A DNA stretch of 64,000 bases from the human T2T-CHM13v2.0 reference genome, Homo sapiens: assembly GCF_009914755.1 (NCBI RefSeq), contig NC_060930.1. One strand, given 5' to 3'. Numbering within the stretch: position 1 is the first letter of the stretch; each line of letters starts with the position of its first letter. A program made the translations under genes and the position numbers. The notes under the pieces were generated by a model. The model saw nothing but the letters and a program-made list of their open reading frames with translations, searched no databases and was not told where the DNA came from. Below, piece after piece: positions 15,972 through 29,420 of the stretch.

Positions 15972-16657
15972 ACAAGATGGACAGGGGTGATGAAATTGAA
16001 TTCTATTTTATGAGAAATTTAAAATGGTTGAATCAGAATCTGATGGTATGCTTTAGTCCTTCTGAAAAGTCTATTACTTTTTTGGTCTTTAAAGAAAATT
16101 ATTGGCAAGGAATTCTTTATATAGGGGTCACCCTATGAAAGGATGAACCATTTCCCTTAAATGTGTCCCTGGTCATATCAGAAAGTTTTATTATCACTTC
16201 AGGGTAGCTCTCTGATAAATTGATAAAGACATATTTAACTGAATTTGCAACCATAATATGAGCCCTTTGGTGATAAAGGTACAGAAGCAAAGCTTTCTTA
16301 TGATGTGTTTTGGAGTTTGAGAAAAATCAGTTTTCCATGAACCACCTCAATGAGCAAAGCCCTGACTGCTAGATCATCCCTTATCACAAAAAGGGCAGGC
16401 TGTTTATAATCATATCTTCTACCCTTCCGTTATTCATGTCTGTGAAGGCAGCAGGAGATCATGAGACACTTGTAGGGCCATGACAAGGAAGAGCCTACAT
16501 ATCTTACATTGATGATGCTGGCAGGAAAAGTGTTGGCAATTGTGTATGAATGGAGCTAGATCCTGTTGCTTCCTTGAGTCACCTTGTGGCTTGTTTGCTA
16601 CACTCCAAGCCAATGCCAGCTAGTCACTTTCATATTAAGACAAAAATAGATCTAATT
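15972..16657 (-). pseudogene. Large degenerate multi-EGF exon remnant (~5-6 repeats)
   Basis: Acceptor ttcttattttctacctgcag|, donor |gtgagt; FCLN, GIGLECS, PQGDS, NCQHFSCQHHQCKIC, PYKCL, SPAAFTDMN, IPCQ, SSP-C. Confidence 0.7.
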
Positions 16658-16864
16658 CTGCAGGTAGAAAATAAGAACCTACATTACTTTTTTATCATAC
16701 TTATATGAAAACTACATGGCGTAATGGGACAGCAACTAAAGAAGGTGCGCCTCACTCTACTATTACAGGCCTAAATCATTTCTTTTTAGGTTTATAGATG
16801 TTCTGCAGATACCAGCTGAACTGTGTGTTCTTATGTAAATGAGTATTTAGTATTATTTTTGCTC

Positions 16865-17140
16865 TAAAGAATGCCTAACTCTGTTTGCCTAGCTCAAAAG
16901 CAGCCACAGAAAGACAGAAATAAATGAGCACAGCTGTATTTGAATACAACTCTATAGACACTGAAGTTTAAATTTTATATAATTTTATATAATTTTCACA
17001 TTATTAAATATTATTCTTGTTTTAAAATTTTAAATCATAAGTTTAAAATTGCTTTCCCATTACGCTATGTAATAACTATTGCTAGCTCACGAGCAGTACA
17101 AAAATGGGTGTCCAGATGGATTTGGCCTACATAGTTCCCA
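16865..17140. mobile_element. MER58-like hAT fossil
   Basis: aaaagcagccacagaaagacagaaataaatgagcacagctgtatt...gatggatttggcc. Confidence 0.6.
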
Positions 17141-17798
17141 CCTGTGTAATAGCCAATTTAGTGACTACAGACACATGTAGTAAATAAATAACCAGGTGAT
17201 TTAAACATCGTTTTATAAATGCTAAGATTAAAAAGGGCAGGATATGATTGGATCACCTAAAAAATGTATCCAGCTTGATCTTACAGAACCACGAAATTCT
17301 TCCTGAAGGAGATGAAAAACTGAGGTAGGAAAGATGGAAAGAAGGCATCCAGCTGAACATGAGAATAAGGTGTCAAGCTAAAGGACCAGCATTGGTGGAG
17401 GTTAAGGAGATCAAGAGAGAGCAAAGCAAGTTTAAGGAACTAAAAGTATTAAAGAAGAGCTAAAGTGATTTTGTCAAGACTATATCTACTTTTCAAATAT
17501 GTTTCTGCTTCAGATATGTATATATATACACACACACATACAGATGTAAATATATATAAATATAAATATTCATTTATTATTGTTGGTAGAAATAATTTTT
17601 TTTACTTCTATCCTTATATTCCTTTACATAAGTTTGACAATGACTTCAACAACAGAAATTGCTTGTCTCTCAATCTTTGTTTTACTGCTTAGTAGATTCT
17701 AGAAATGTTTTCTTATTAGCAAGGAGTAGGAAAGCCTACCACTGAAGTTTGAGAGATTGTTTTGAGACCAGTCCCTATTAATACTTTCTTTTGACTAC

Positions 17799-18034
17799 CT
17801 CTTAAAAGAATTATACAAGCATATTTCAGGTGGAAAGGATATGTATATACAAACAGGAATAGAAATGGTTTGTAAAGAAATGAAAAGTTATTGTTTTAAA
17901 GAAATTATATCAAATACTATTTGTTTTTTGTCCGCTGATAAAAAGAACATGGAAAGCTATATAGGTATGATTATTTCAAACAGTCGTATTCAGAAAAGAC
18001 AAACAAGCTATTCTCAGAGTAGTGGTGGTGATCA
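17799..18034 (-). pseudogene. Degenerate EGF exon remnant
   Basis: In-frame YSENSLFVFSEYDCLK*...SFPCSF, later FYSCLY; AG and GAG|gtagtc boundaries. Confidence 0.6.
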
Positions 18035-18094
18035 CTAATTGTTTTAAAAACAATTCCAAAAGGATTTATCCCATATGAAAATGGGTTAACTCAC

Positions 18095-18471
18095 CAGTGT
18101 ACTTTAATAGAAATTGTAGACATATTGACCCATAATGGTTGCCAGTGCTTCTGAGGTTCACTGTTTCACTAAATTTCCTTTAAACTCAATCGTCGAAACT
18201 AGGTGCAGCTTTACAGTAGGTGAGTTTGGAAAGACTTTGAAGGTATGCAACATCACTATCACAGTCAAAGTGCTCTTTAAAATGCATCATATTTCTAGGT
18301 GAATTATTATTATTAGTAGCAGTATTCATAAAGGAACCTCAAATGAGCTTTTGCATTTACAAACCGAAGGTTTAGTTTGTACAAAGCATTTTAAAAATAT
18401 TGAAGTCTGTGACATTAGAGCCCGTCTTTGTAGGTTACTTCCTTCTACAGCACAGCAGAAGTTTGTACATT
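18095..18471 (-). pseudogene. Degenerate multi-EGF exon remnant
   Basis: VCKCKSSFEVPL*, HFDCDSDVAY, HYGSICL...YTG ending at phase-1 donor CTG|gtgagt. Confidence 0.72.
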
Positions 18472-18769
18472 CTTAGAAACTCATAATTATGAGGAATAAA
18501 TACTTTTTTGATCAAGAGGGATATAATATATTGCAATTCAAACAAGTCCAAATTGCCAAATACAATTGTTTTAACTGAGCCCTTGTCTGTTTGAAATTTC
18601 CTTGATATTTAACACTGATGAGCGCCAATTCCCCTTCTGAAACTTGCTATTCCTTTGATTCCAGGATATCTCTCATTCCATAATCTCATTCTCTTTAACA
18701 ACTATTCAAATTCTTCACTTTTCCTTCTATGCTATATATATAATTTCTCAAACTTTTGCTATATTATTG

Positions 18770-19930
18770 TATATAGTATTAATTTCTAGTCTCAAATTTC
18801 TTATGTATCTATAGCTAGATCCCCTTTCTTATTCCTAGTATTTGTGATTCTCCTCTTTCTGAATTGCCAAATATTTGCCTATGTTATGAGACTTTTCAAA
18901 TAACTATCTTGTGTTTTTGTTGATAAAATCTACACTTTTGTCATTACTTTATATGTTGATGTTCCTGTATTATTTCATATTGATTTTGATTTCTATTTTA
19001 CTTAGGAATGCTCTCTCTACTTATTTTGGAATTAATTTGTTTTTCTTATTTTTCTTTAGCTTACTTGCTTTAATTTATCCATTATAAATTGCTATTAAGT
19101 TTACTGCATACATTTCACATTACACATTTTTCTTTGTACTACTTTGCATAAGTTTTTAGTATGTAGGGCTTCATTGCAATTCATTCCTAAACAGCTTATA
19201 ACTTCTGTTTTGATTTCACTTTCATCTTAGGAATTCTGTAAGCTGCTTTCATTTTAGTTTGTTGTTAATTTCATTTTTAAATTGTTTTGTGTTCAATAAA
19301 TATGGTCTAAAAGACTTCTGCCTTACAGAATTTATTGATTATCTTGTGCTTTCATACATGTTCATTTTGCTCTGAGTTTATTCATGTCTCAAAAGAAGGC
19401 TCCCTTTTTGTCTGCTGTATGCAATGTTCTAAATGTAAGAACTAGTCACCTCATTGCATTATGCAGATATTCTGTGTTCTTATTGTTTTTAATCTATCTT
19501 TTGTATTCAGAGAGAAGTTCCTATTTGATTGTATTTTAAACATTTTTTCATCTCTCGTGTAAATAGATACTGCTTTATTATTTTTCAAAATGTTAATATA
19601 ATAAGAAATATCCTGTTTCATTTAGTAGTTTTTCACATGGAATCCTTCTTTCTTTTTTGGCATTTTCCTGTTATTTTTGACCAACAATTAATTTTATAAA
19701 AATATATCTTTATTCATCTTTTTGAGAATAATACATGGTTGGTGTTTTCCAGTCTAACTAATCTGTTTTTAGGGAATCCATTTTGGGGTAGACTTTCATA
19801 CATTCTCTCCTATATCAGCTGTCCTGTTTAGCATGGTCTTCATCTTCCATATTGGTTGTTTTTCAAAAGTTTGTGAACATGGTTGTCTAATTAGTTTTGA
19901 ATATGAGTATCTGTTGATTTGTGTAAGTAG
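18770..19930 (-). mobile_element. Highly diverged L1M fragment
   Basis: T-rich sequence resembling antisense L1 ORF2. Confidence 0.5.
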
Positions 19931-19949
19931 CTGTATCAGCTTTTCTTTT

Positions 19950-20418
19950 GAATTTTTGTAGTTACATAGTTTTTGTATACATTTATGGGGTACATGGGAT
20001 ATTTTAATACAGGCATACAATGCATAATAATCACATCAGGGTGAATGGGATATCCATCACCTCAAGTATTTATCCTTTCTTTGTGTTACAGACAATTCAA
20101 TTATAGTCTCTTAGTTATTTTAAAATCTACAGTAAACTACTGTTGACTGTAGCCATGCTGTTGTGCTATCAAATACTAGAACTTACCACTTTTATCTAAC
20201 TATATTTTTGTATCCATTAACTATCCCTACGTACTCTGCCTCCTCCACTACCCTTCCTAGTCTTTGGCAATCATTGTTCTACTCCCTTTCTCCATGAGTT
20301 CAATGGTTTTAATTTTTATCTCCCACAAATAAGTGAGAACATGTGAAATTTGTCTTTCTTTGCCTGGGTTATTTCACTTAACATTATGTCTTTTAGTTTC
20401 ATCCACGTTGTTGCAAAT
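19950..20418 (-). mobile_element. L1MA-type 3' end
   Basis: atttatggggtacatgggatattttaatacaggcatacaatgc...aagtgagaacatgtg. Confidence 0.88.
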
Positions 20419-20569
20419 ATATCTTTGTTCTGTTGGTATGTAGTTCTCAGGATACCTGCGTCCTAACTAGGAAGGTTTCCTCAAACTTCTTCTACATGGA
20501 TATGGCATAGTTCATTAGGTTATGTGGATACAGAAAGAGGAAGAGTGACATATCCTTTCTCAACTTTTC

Positions 20570-21605
20570 TTTTCCACTTTTAAATTCAGGGGGATGTGGA
20601 CAGGTTTGTTACATGGATAATTTGCATGTCACAAAGATTTGGTGTACAGATTATTTCTTCACCCACGTTTTCAGAATAGTACTCAATAGGTAGTTTTTCA
20701 ATCCTCACCCTACTCACACTTTCCACCCTCAAGTAGTCCCTGGTGTCTGTTGGTTCCTTCTTTGTTTTCATATGTACTCAATGTTTAATCCCCACTTATA
20801 AGTGAGAACATGTGGTATTTGGTTTACTGTTCCTAAGTTGGTTTGCTTAGGATATGGCTTCTAGCTCCATCCATGTTGCTGCAAAGGGCATGATCTCATT
20901 CTTTTTTATGGCTGCATAATATTCCATGGTATATATGTACATTTTCTCAATTCAGTCTACCAGTGATGAGCACTCAGGTTGGTTCCATGCTTTTGCCACC
21001 GTGAATATTGCTGCAATGAATATACATGTGCATGTGTCTTTATGGTAGAACGATTTATAGTCTTTTGGATATGCTCAATAATGGGATTGCTGGATCGAAT
21101 GTTAATTCTGTTTTAAGCTCTCTGAGAAATTGCCAGACTGCATTCTACAATGGGTGAACTACATTACATTCCCACCAGCAGTGTATAAGCATTAAATTTT
21201 CTCTGCAATCTCACCAGAATCTGTTATTTTGGACTCCTTAATAATAGTCTTTCTGACTGTTGTGAGATGGTATCTCATTGTGGTTTTGATTTGCATCTCT
21301 CTAATGATTAGAGATGTTGAGTATTTTTTCATATGTATGTTGGCCATCTGTATGTCATCTTTTGAAAAGTGTCTGTTCATGTCCTTTGCCCACTTTGTAA
21401 TGGAGTTGTTTGTTTTTTGCTTGCACATTTCAAGTTTTCAAATATTTTCTCCCATTCTGTAGGTTGTCTGTTTACTCTGTTGATTGTTTCTTTTGCTGTG
21501 CAGAAGCTCTTTAGTTTAATTAGGTCCTATTTGTCAACTTTTGTTTTTGTTGAAATTGCTTTTGGCATCTTTATCATGAAAACTTTGCCAGATCCTATGT
21601 CCAGA
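20570..21605 (-). mobile_element. Old L1PA 3' fragment
   Basis: Reverse L1 ORF2 C-terminus ([12 protein letters not shown]...[18 protein letters not shown]) and 3' UTR. Confidence 0.92.
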
Positions 21606-23498
21606 TAATGAGGTCTTTACTGTAAGACTGGAGCATTTTTGTTTACTTCTGTCAAATCCCTTATGAATTACCTTTCATTATTACACATACTTATGCATTT
21701 TGTTTTATAAAAATACAGAACACTAAATACACAAAAACTCTAGATTCTACCCACGTGATCCTGGTTGCACTTCTGAGGCTTTCCCAGGATTAATTTTTGG
21801 GGAGAGATTGGGGAAACTGAAGATAATTTTTCAAGGTGTCTCCTCTTATCTTTCCTTATAATCCCTCTTCTTTTACGGAATAAGGAAGGGGAAACAGCAG
21901 GAAAATGTTAACATAAGTCCATAGTTGTAACTGCAAAGGCTTGTGATTGGTATTATTTAATGTTGACTTGCAGATTTATCTCCACTCAATCTGGGAGCAC
22001 ACCTAGACCTGCAGAGGGAAGGGAAAGCATAAAGGTACCTGCTATCACCATGCATCTGCTTAGTGTGGAGTAGATTATAGCATTAGCTCACCATTTACCT
22101 CCATACACCAGTTTCTCAATTCAGCAATGGGTCCTATGTGGATCTGTGGCTTAAGTTAGTTAATAGCCAGTACAAGGACTTCATTTTCTGTCCTTGAACC
22201 TCAGTCTGTTATGTATAAATTATAGTTCCTAAAACTGAATCTCCTGATAACATGTGCCTGCTGCTTAAGTCTCAGTCAGCCCTAATCTGGCCAATCAGAT
22301 AGACTCCAAATTCCTCACCTTGATTTGAAACTTCCCACTGTAAAATTTACTTTTCTCAGACTAAATTTTGGGCCCATCTTTCCCTGTAACTCTCTCCTTT
22401 CCTAAATTTATGACCCCTTATCTGACACCTTGCCTTTTTCTGATATTTGGCATGCTTAAATCTAATTCTTTCTTCTGGCACTAAATTAGAGTGCTATAAA
22501 ATATTTGTATTTGCAACTATTTCATGTTTATCTTACAGACTCGTTTTTGTCACTAGGGAAAGGTATTTCTAGTGCCTATCAGATAAGTAAATAGCCTGTA
22601 AATAGGGAGTGCAAACTCGAATGCCTAGAGATGTCCGTGACAGATAATGTAAACAAGTGAAACTCTCCTGGGATAAAACAGCAGGAGGGGGTAACTGCTG
22701 AAAACCTTACAACTGTTTAAAGACATTCCAAATCAAATTATTTCTAAAAATCAGTAAAATATGAGTCAACAAACAGACAAACAAAACAAGTGTGGTCTGC
22801 ATTGCCACCTTGAGTAACTCCTCTAAACCAAATAGACTTCTGCTCATCCTTGCAAGGCCACATCCAGCCATTAGGTAACTTCTTGTTTGCCTCCCATAAA
22901 GGCTGTTCATATAGTTAATTTTTGACATGCTTTTACCTCAATAAAATTATCCTGAGGCAATAGGATAGAAGATAAACCTTGGTTCAAACCCCAACTTTGC
23001 CACTTAAAACTGAACCACCGCACGGCAAGTTATTAAATTTTAGGAGCTTCATTGTTCTCTTTTATAAAACGGGCATAAAAATGTATGTAATAAATTATTG
23101 TTGGGAAGATTAAATATAATCTAAGAAAGAGATTATAGGAAAAAATCAAACATTTCATGTTAATCCTCTTTTCTGTCATACATGTTCTCCAAATATTGAT
23201 GTTTTTCTCTAGGCCACAAAATTTTCTTAAGAGTAATCCTACCTATAGCAGTTGGAAGTCAGGACCACAGTATTTTTGAAAGACAAATATTTACAATCTA
23301 TTATAAAAATTTCCAATATCATTTTTGTTTTTATTTGGAAATATCTTCATGAATTCCTATTCAATATTCAAAACATCACAAATATGTAGAAAAGGGGATA
23401 AACATCAAGGTAGTACAATATATCTAATTTTTTGGTTGAATCAAAAATTTAAAATATAGCTGCTAGCTGTTTTGTGTTTTGTTTCTATGTAGACTTAT

Positions 23499-24000
23499 CT
23501 CTCAGTAATGATGATGCTTCAAAAGAACACATCTATATCAGGTTCTATCTCTACACACCCTTTACTATTATCAACTTGTAAAATGTATCAGCCAAACAGG
23601 ACCTGCTACAGGATTGCTGATGTCTATAAAAATGCAGAAAGCACTAAATCAAAACGGGCTGCTGAAAAACTAAAAATCAAATATCACACAAATCACTCAG
23701 CTGCCTGGGCTTAGAAAGAGAGCATTTGAAAGCTCATATGTGGACTGATATTGCCAATTGACATACTCGGTTGTTTTAAGCAAATCTTTTAAAAATTCAT
23801 TGCTTGAGGAGATCGAGCAAACCTGTTTTTCTGGCCAGATATGCTTTTCCTATTTCCCTGGCTTATGAAGTTTCACAGGATGAGTTTTAAATTACTCAGG
23901 AAATAGCTATAGGGTATCCTATTTACATCATAAAAGATATACTGACAGAACTGCAGGGTTTACGCCAATCTATAACACCAGACAAAGATTTTTCACTGTG
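23499..24000 (-). pseudogene. Possible pair of degenerate EGF exon remnants (23896-24000; 23499-23669)
   Basis: Acceptors aaacctgcag| and gatttttag|; KPCSSVS..YDV..PYSY; AFC..DISNP-C-AGP-CL. Confidence 0.35.
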
Positions 24001-24460
24001 CTGCAGGTTTTATAAGGAGACATTTAAAAACATATATAGGAAAAATATAATCCTTTATATGCTATTTAAATATATTCTCTGGCTATCTGAAAGGCTTTCT
24101 ATTCTTTGAAGGAAAAATTCTATTCCCTTTTTTTTGCTGACTACTGCTCTTTGTGTGTAGTTATATGAAATTATCAGAAATATTAAGGCTATCTATATGT
24201 ACTATATTTAAAGTGGGACTCTTCTGAGCTCATCACATGTCTCATCATTAGCCTTTCACATATATTTCAAATAAAAATGTAATTATATTAGTAATAATGC
24301 TTTTGGTGCTTAGGGAATGAATAACACTTGCCACACTGTCCAGTTGGTATCTTAGACTAAAATAGTTGACACTTGCTGAAAATTTTTCCTATGCTTCATT
24401 AGCTTACTAAGTGAGACAGGAACATTCCTGTCATTGGGATCTTTGCTAGATTTCTGATGT

Positions 24461-24785
24461 TATGTTAGTTTATTCTCATGCTGCTATAAGGACATGCCTG
24501 AGGCTAGGAAATTTATGAAGGAAAGAGGTCTAATTGACTCGCAGTTCGGCATGGCTGCGGAGGCCTCAGGAAACTTACAATCATGACAGAAGGCACCTCT
24601 TCACAGGAGAGCAGGAGAGAGAATGAGAGCCCAGTGAAGGGGAAAGCCCCTTTTTAAACCATCACATCTTATGATAACTAACTCACTATCATGAGAACAA
24701 GATGGGGGGAACCCCCATGATTCAATTACATTCAAGAACTACAATTCAAGATGAGATTTGGGTGGGGCACAGCTAAACCATATCA
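24461..24785 (-). mobile_element. THE1-type solo LTR (MaLR)
   Basis: Reverse THE1 LTR ending aaaccatatca; 5-bp TSD GATGT at 24456-24460 and 24786-24790. Confidence 0.9.
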
Positions 24786-25034
24786 GATGTTATCTAATTA
24801 TATAGTAGACTGGGATATAAAATAGACAAGGCAGACTGTTGTATTAAGTGGAAACTCTAGTTTATAGATATTAACATGATTTTAGGTATTATTCTTTATA
24901 CCTTAGATTCTCAAAGCACTTGATAAATAATGACCCTAAATTGGTGGTGAACTTGCTGTTGGAGTGTTGAATCCAATAAAGTTAAATAAACAAAAGAAAG
25001 AAATGGCATCTAAAAGGACAAAAAAATAAGGTAC

Positions 25035-25302
25035 TTAAGGCTCTGCACCTATTTTTCTGTGTTTATAGTGCCTTAAATATCACCCTCTGACCAAGAAGTA
25101 ATGAACGGGTTTGGGGCTTTTCTTAATGTGTTTTATACTTGCTTTATTGCTAATATATTGATTAGTTTCCTAATGAGATCACAGCAAAGTTGTTACTTCT
25201 AAATAAAAGCTTTGCCACAAAGGTTGCAAGTAATGAACACTATAAACTGTATGTAATAAAATGTTTGCAAATAGTCATCCTTTGGTTCATATATAAGGTA
25301 TT
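25035..25302 (-). pseudogene. Degenerate EGF exon remnant
   Basis: Strong acceptor tttttatttctccag|; in-frame YMNQRMTICKHFITYSL*CSLLATF. Confidence 0.5.
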
Positions 25303-26139
25303 CTGGAGAAATAAAAACTTCCATGAATTTATTTTATACTTTTTCCAGCAATCCTAAATGCTAACAACAACACACTATTTTAATCTGAGGAAATTGCCAT
25401 GAATTTGAAAATAATCTCAACACTTTGAAGGAATTAATAAAAACAAAGAGTTGTGTACATATTCAATTCCAGTAGATAATATTACAGTATCATAGATATA
25501 TTAATTAAGAATATGAATGTTTAAGGATAATTCTTAAGTTTCAATGAGATTCCAACCCAATTAAACAACAAAGATATGTTTCCCTTTTAAATTATCTAGT
25601 TGACTTAATCTATTGCTTTTAGAAAAGGATTGTTAGAAGTAATATGATAGTGATGAATAACCCAAGGTTTCATTACTGCCAAGAATCCAGAATGTGTTTA
25701 CATATCTCTCAGATGCCGGAAGAACTTGGACAGGAGCGAATGCCTTCATGATTGGTGAAGAATTTTTCTTGCCTTGACTGGTAATTGTCTGAATCTTCTA
25801 GTAGTGATCTTACCTCTTGTTTTGAAGTTGAGAATATGAATACTCATGAAGAGAAAAGGAGAGGAGACACATTTGAATTGAGCTTCAAGGTATTAAATAA
25901 AATGTTGCTTGTCCAGCATCCAAAGAAATCTGCAAAATCTGCAAAATCTTAGGCTCCAAGCACTAGTGGTCTAAAATGAAAATAACCCAAGATATCCATC
26001 AGGGTTATGCAAACAATAGGGGAAGACAATCTGCCCTTGGGCATTTTCTTCTCTTCTTTTGTCACACAGGTCTACCCAGCTATAATGGAATACAACTAAG
26101 AGAGCTTCTTGTTCGTTGGCTGCTTCTCTCTGAGAATTT

Positions 26140-27405
26140 AAACATGAATCTCTCACTAAAAAATGTGGCTTGGTCAAGAGAATGACAGATAAGCCAGCAA
26201 CTGGGATAACATATTTTCGAAACACATTAACTGATAATGAACTGGTATTCAAAATATACAAAAACTCCTAAAAACCACCACCACCAACAACAAAACTACA
26301 TCACAAGCAAAAGATCCTAATAAATGTTTCACCAAATAAGATATACAGATGGCAAATAAGCATATGTAGCTATCCACACGATTTCTTAAAACCCAACAAC
26401 AACAACAAAATTACATTATGTGCAAAAGATCCCAATAGATGCTTCACCAAATAAGATGTACGGATGGCAAATAAGCATATGTAGCTATCCACGCTATTTG
26501 TCATCAGAGAATTGCAAATTAAAACATCACTACATCACCTATTAGAATGGGTAAAACACAAAACACTGACAACACCAAATACTGGCAAGTATGCGGAGCA
26601 ACAGGAACTCCCAATCATTTCTGGTGAAATTGCAAAAATGATACAACCACTTTGAAAGACAGTTTGGCAGTTTCTTACAAAAGTAAACATATTCTTACCA
26701 TATAATCCAGCAATTACACTCTTTGGAATTTACCAAAGTAAATTGAAAATTTGTGTACACTCAAAAACCTGCCACAAATATGTATAGCAGGTTTGTTTCT
26801 AATTGCCAAAACTTGGAAGTATTTAAAATATTCTTCAGTAGGTGAATGAATAAATGAACTGAAGTATATCTATACAATAGAATATGTTTCAGGGATGGAA
26901 AAATGAGCTACCTAACCACAAAAATGACATGGAGGACACTTAGACCCATATGGCTAAGTGAGGAAGCCAATCTGAAAAGTCTATATACTGTATGATTCTT
27001 ATTATATGACATTCTGGAAAGAAAAAACCATGGAGACTATAAAAAGATCAGCGTTTGCCAGGAGTTGGGTTGGGGGAAGGGAAGAATAGAGGAAGCATAG
27101 GATTTTTAGGGCAGTTAAAATATTCTGTATAATTCTGTAATGGTGGATACATGCCATTATACATTAGTTATACCTATTGAATGTACAACACAACAAATGA
27201 ACTCTAATGTAAAACATGGACTTTAGTTAACAATAATGTACCAAAATTAGCTTATCAATTATAATGTGTCCCATGAATGCAAGATGTTGATAAAAGAGGA
27301 AACTGGGGTGGAAGGAGGGATATGTTTATAGAAACTCTTCCCACTTCTCACTCAATATTTCTGTAAAACTAAAACTGCTCAAAAACATAAGAGCTATAAA
27401 TTAAA
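26140..27405 (+). mobile_element. L1MC-type 3' fragment
   Basis: ORF2 end and L1MC-like 3' UTR (tatactgtatgattcttattatatgacattctggaaa...aaaactgctcaaaaa). Confidence 0.85.
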
Positions 27406-27499
27406 CATTATTTTAAAATGCTGTTTGATAGATTAGTGATAAAATGGAGAGGCTGGAACTGGTTTAGTAATTACTAGTGCTCTCCTGCCTGGGGATCAC

Positions 27500-27713
27500 C
27501 TCTCTCCAAGGGCCACCATAAATGCTAACTTATATAAATGATGCTCTCTAGATTTATGCAATACTTAACTACAAAGAGATATGAAATAACAACATCTTAA
27601 TCTCTTCTTAAACTCAAGAATGAACACAATCCAGGGCTTGGTTTTTGTGCTTTTTGAACATAGAGACTAGAGATTAATATCTCCATGTGAACATGAGCTA
27701 AATAAGTAGATAT
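27500..27713 (-). pseudogene. Possible degenerate EGF exon remnant
   Basis: Acceptor gatctctcccag|; MFTWRY*, NQALDCV, KYCINL; donor GAG|gtgatc. Confidence 0.4.
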
Positions 27714-27959
27714 CTGGGAGAGATCACCAATATAAAGGAAAAATGACATATGTAAATGAAGCAGATTTTAAATCAAAGGATTAAAAATAACCATGTCATT
27801 TAGCCTTATGTATGTAAAGGAAGACACTAGTAATAAGAGGCTGAAATAAGATTTTATTTAAATGTGGATTTTTGACATATGAAAAATATAATGGTTGAAG
27901 AAAAGAAAATGGTAGATGGGATTTTTAAACATCAGGATTATTACTACTGAAGAAAGAAT

Positions 27960-28265
27960 TATGGATGGAGCCATTAATCTAAACGAAATAACTCAGAAAC
28001 AGAAAATCAAATACTACACGTTCTCACTTATAAGTGGGAGCTAACCAATGGGCACACATGGACTTAAAGATGGGGAAATAACAGACACTGGGGACTCCAG
28101 AAGGGGAGAGGGAAGGAGGGGGTTGAGGGTTGAACAATTATCTGTTGGGTACAATGTTCATTATTGGGCGATGGATGCATTAGAAGCCAAACCTCACCAT
28201 TATGCAATATATCCACGTAACAAACTTGAACACATATTCCCTAATCCATAATAATAATAAAATAA
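27960..28265 (+). mobile_element. L1PB-type 3' end
   Basis: ttctcacttataagtgggagcta...(ATA)n tail. Confidence 0.88.
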
Positions 28266-28711
28266 TCCTGCAATGAAAGGCAAAAAATAAATTAATTCAT
28301 CTGGGATAGCTGGAATCCTGTGACCCAAGTGAAGACCATGAAATTTATAAAATAATTATTAATTCTTGCCAAAAATATTCTTTAAAAAAATTATTCTATA
28401 GAGGAATTCACCATTTTTTATTTCCTTTCACCAGTGTCTTGGAATTATTTTCTAAGAATAAATTCACAGGCAAAGGAATGAATGTGTATATATGCTTCTC
28501 AAATAACAGTCTAATGTGGGAAATTAAGAAACAAAAATAAGGGGATAAGGTTTATATTTCTTTACATCACAGTTGATTTGTAAAATTAATATGTTTTATA
28601 TTCATCGATTCTATTGATTCTAGGACAGAGGTGGTACTCAAGACTCAAGGTATTAGAATCCTTGTCTGTCACAGGGACAAATTCTTACCAGGAGAGGATA
28701 GGAAGTGCCTG

Positions 28712-28960
28712 CAGGGTAGAGTTGACAGATTTGGCAAATAAAAATAGAGGATACCCAGTTAAATGTGAATTTCAGGTAAATAATGAACATTTTTTTTAGA
28801 ATAGGTATTTCCCAAATATCGCATGTGTCTTTCATACTGATAAGCTAGCCCCACCACAGACCTATTGAATCAGAATTTGTGGGGATAGGGACTAAGGCAT
28901 CTAGTTTGTATAAAAATTCGTCAGTAATTCTAATAGGCAGACAAGGTTGAGGCTCACTAT
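28712..28960. mobile_element. MER33-like and MER5-like hAT fragments
   Basis: gttgacagatttggcaaataaaaatagaggatacccagttaaatgtgaatttcag; agacctattgaatcagaat. Confidence 0.6.
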
Positions 28961-28992
28961 GTTTAACGATTATTTATCAATCAAACCTCCTA

Positions 28993-29420
<428 letters not shown>

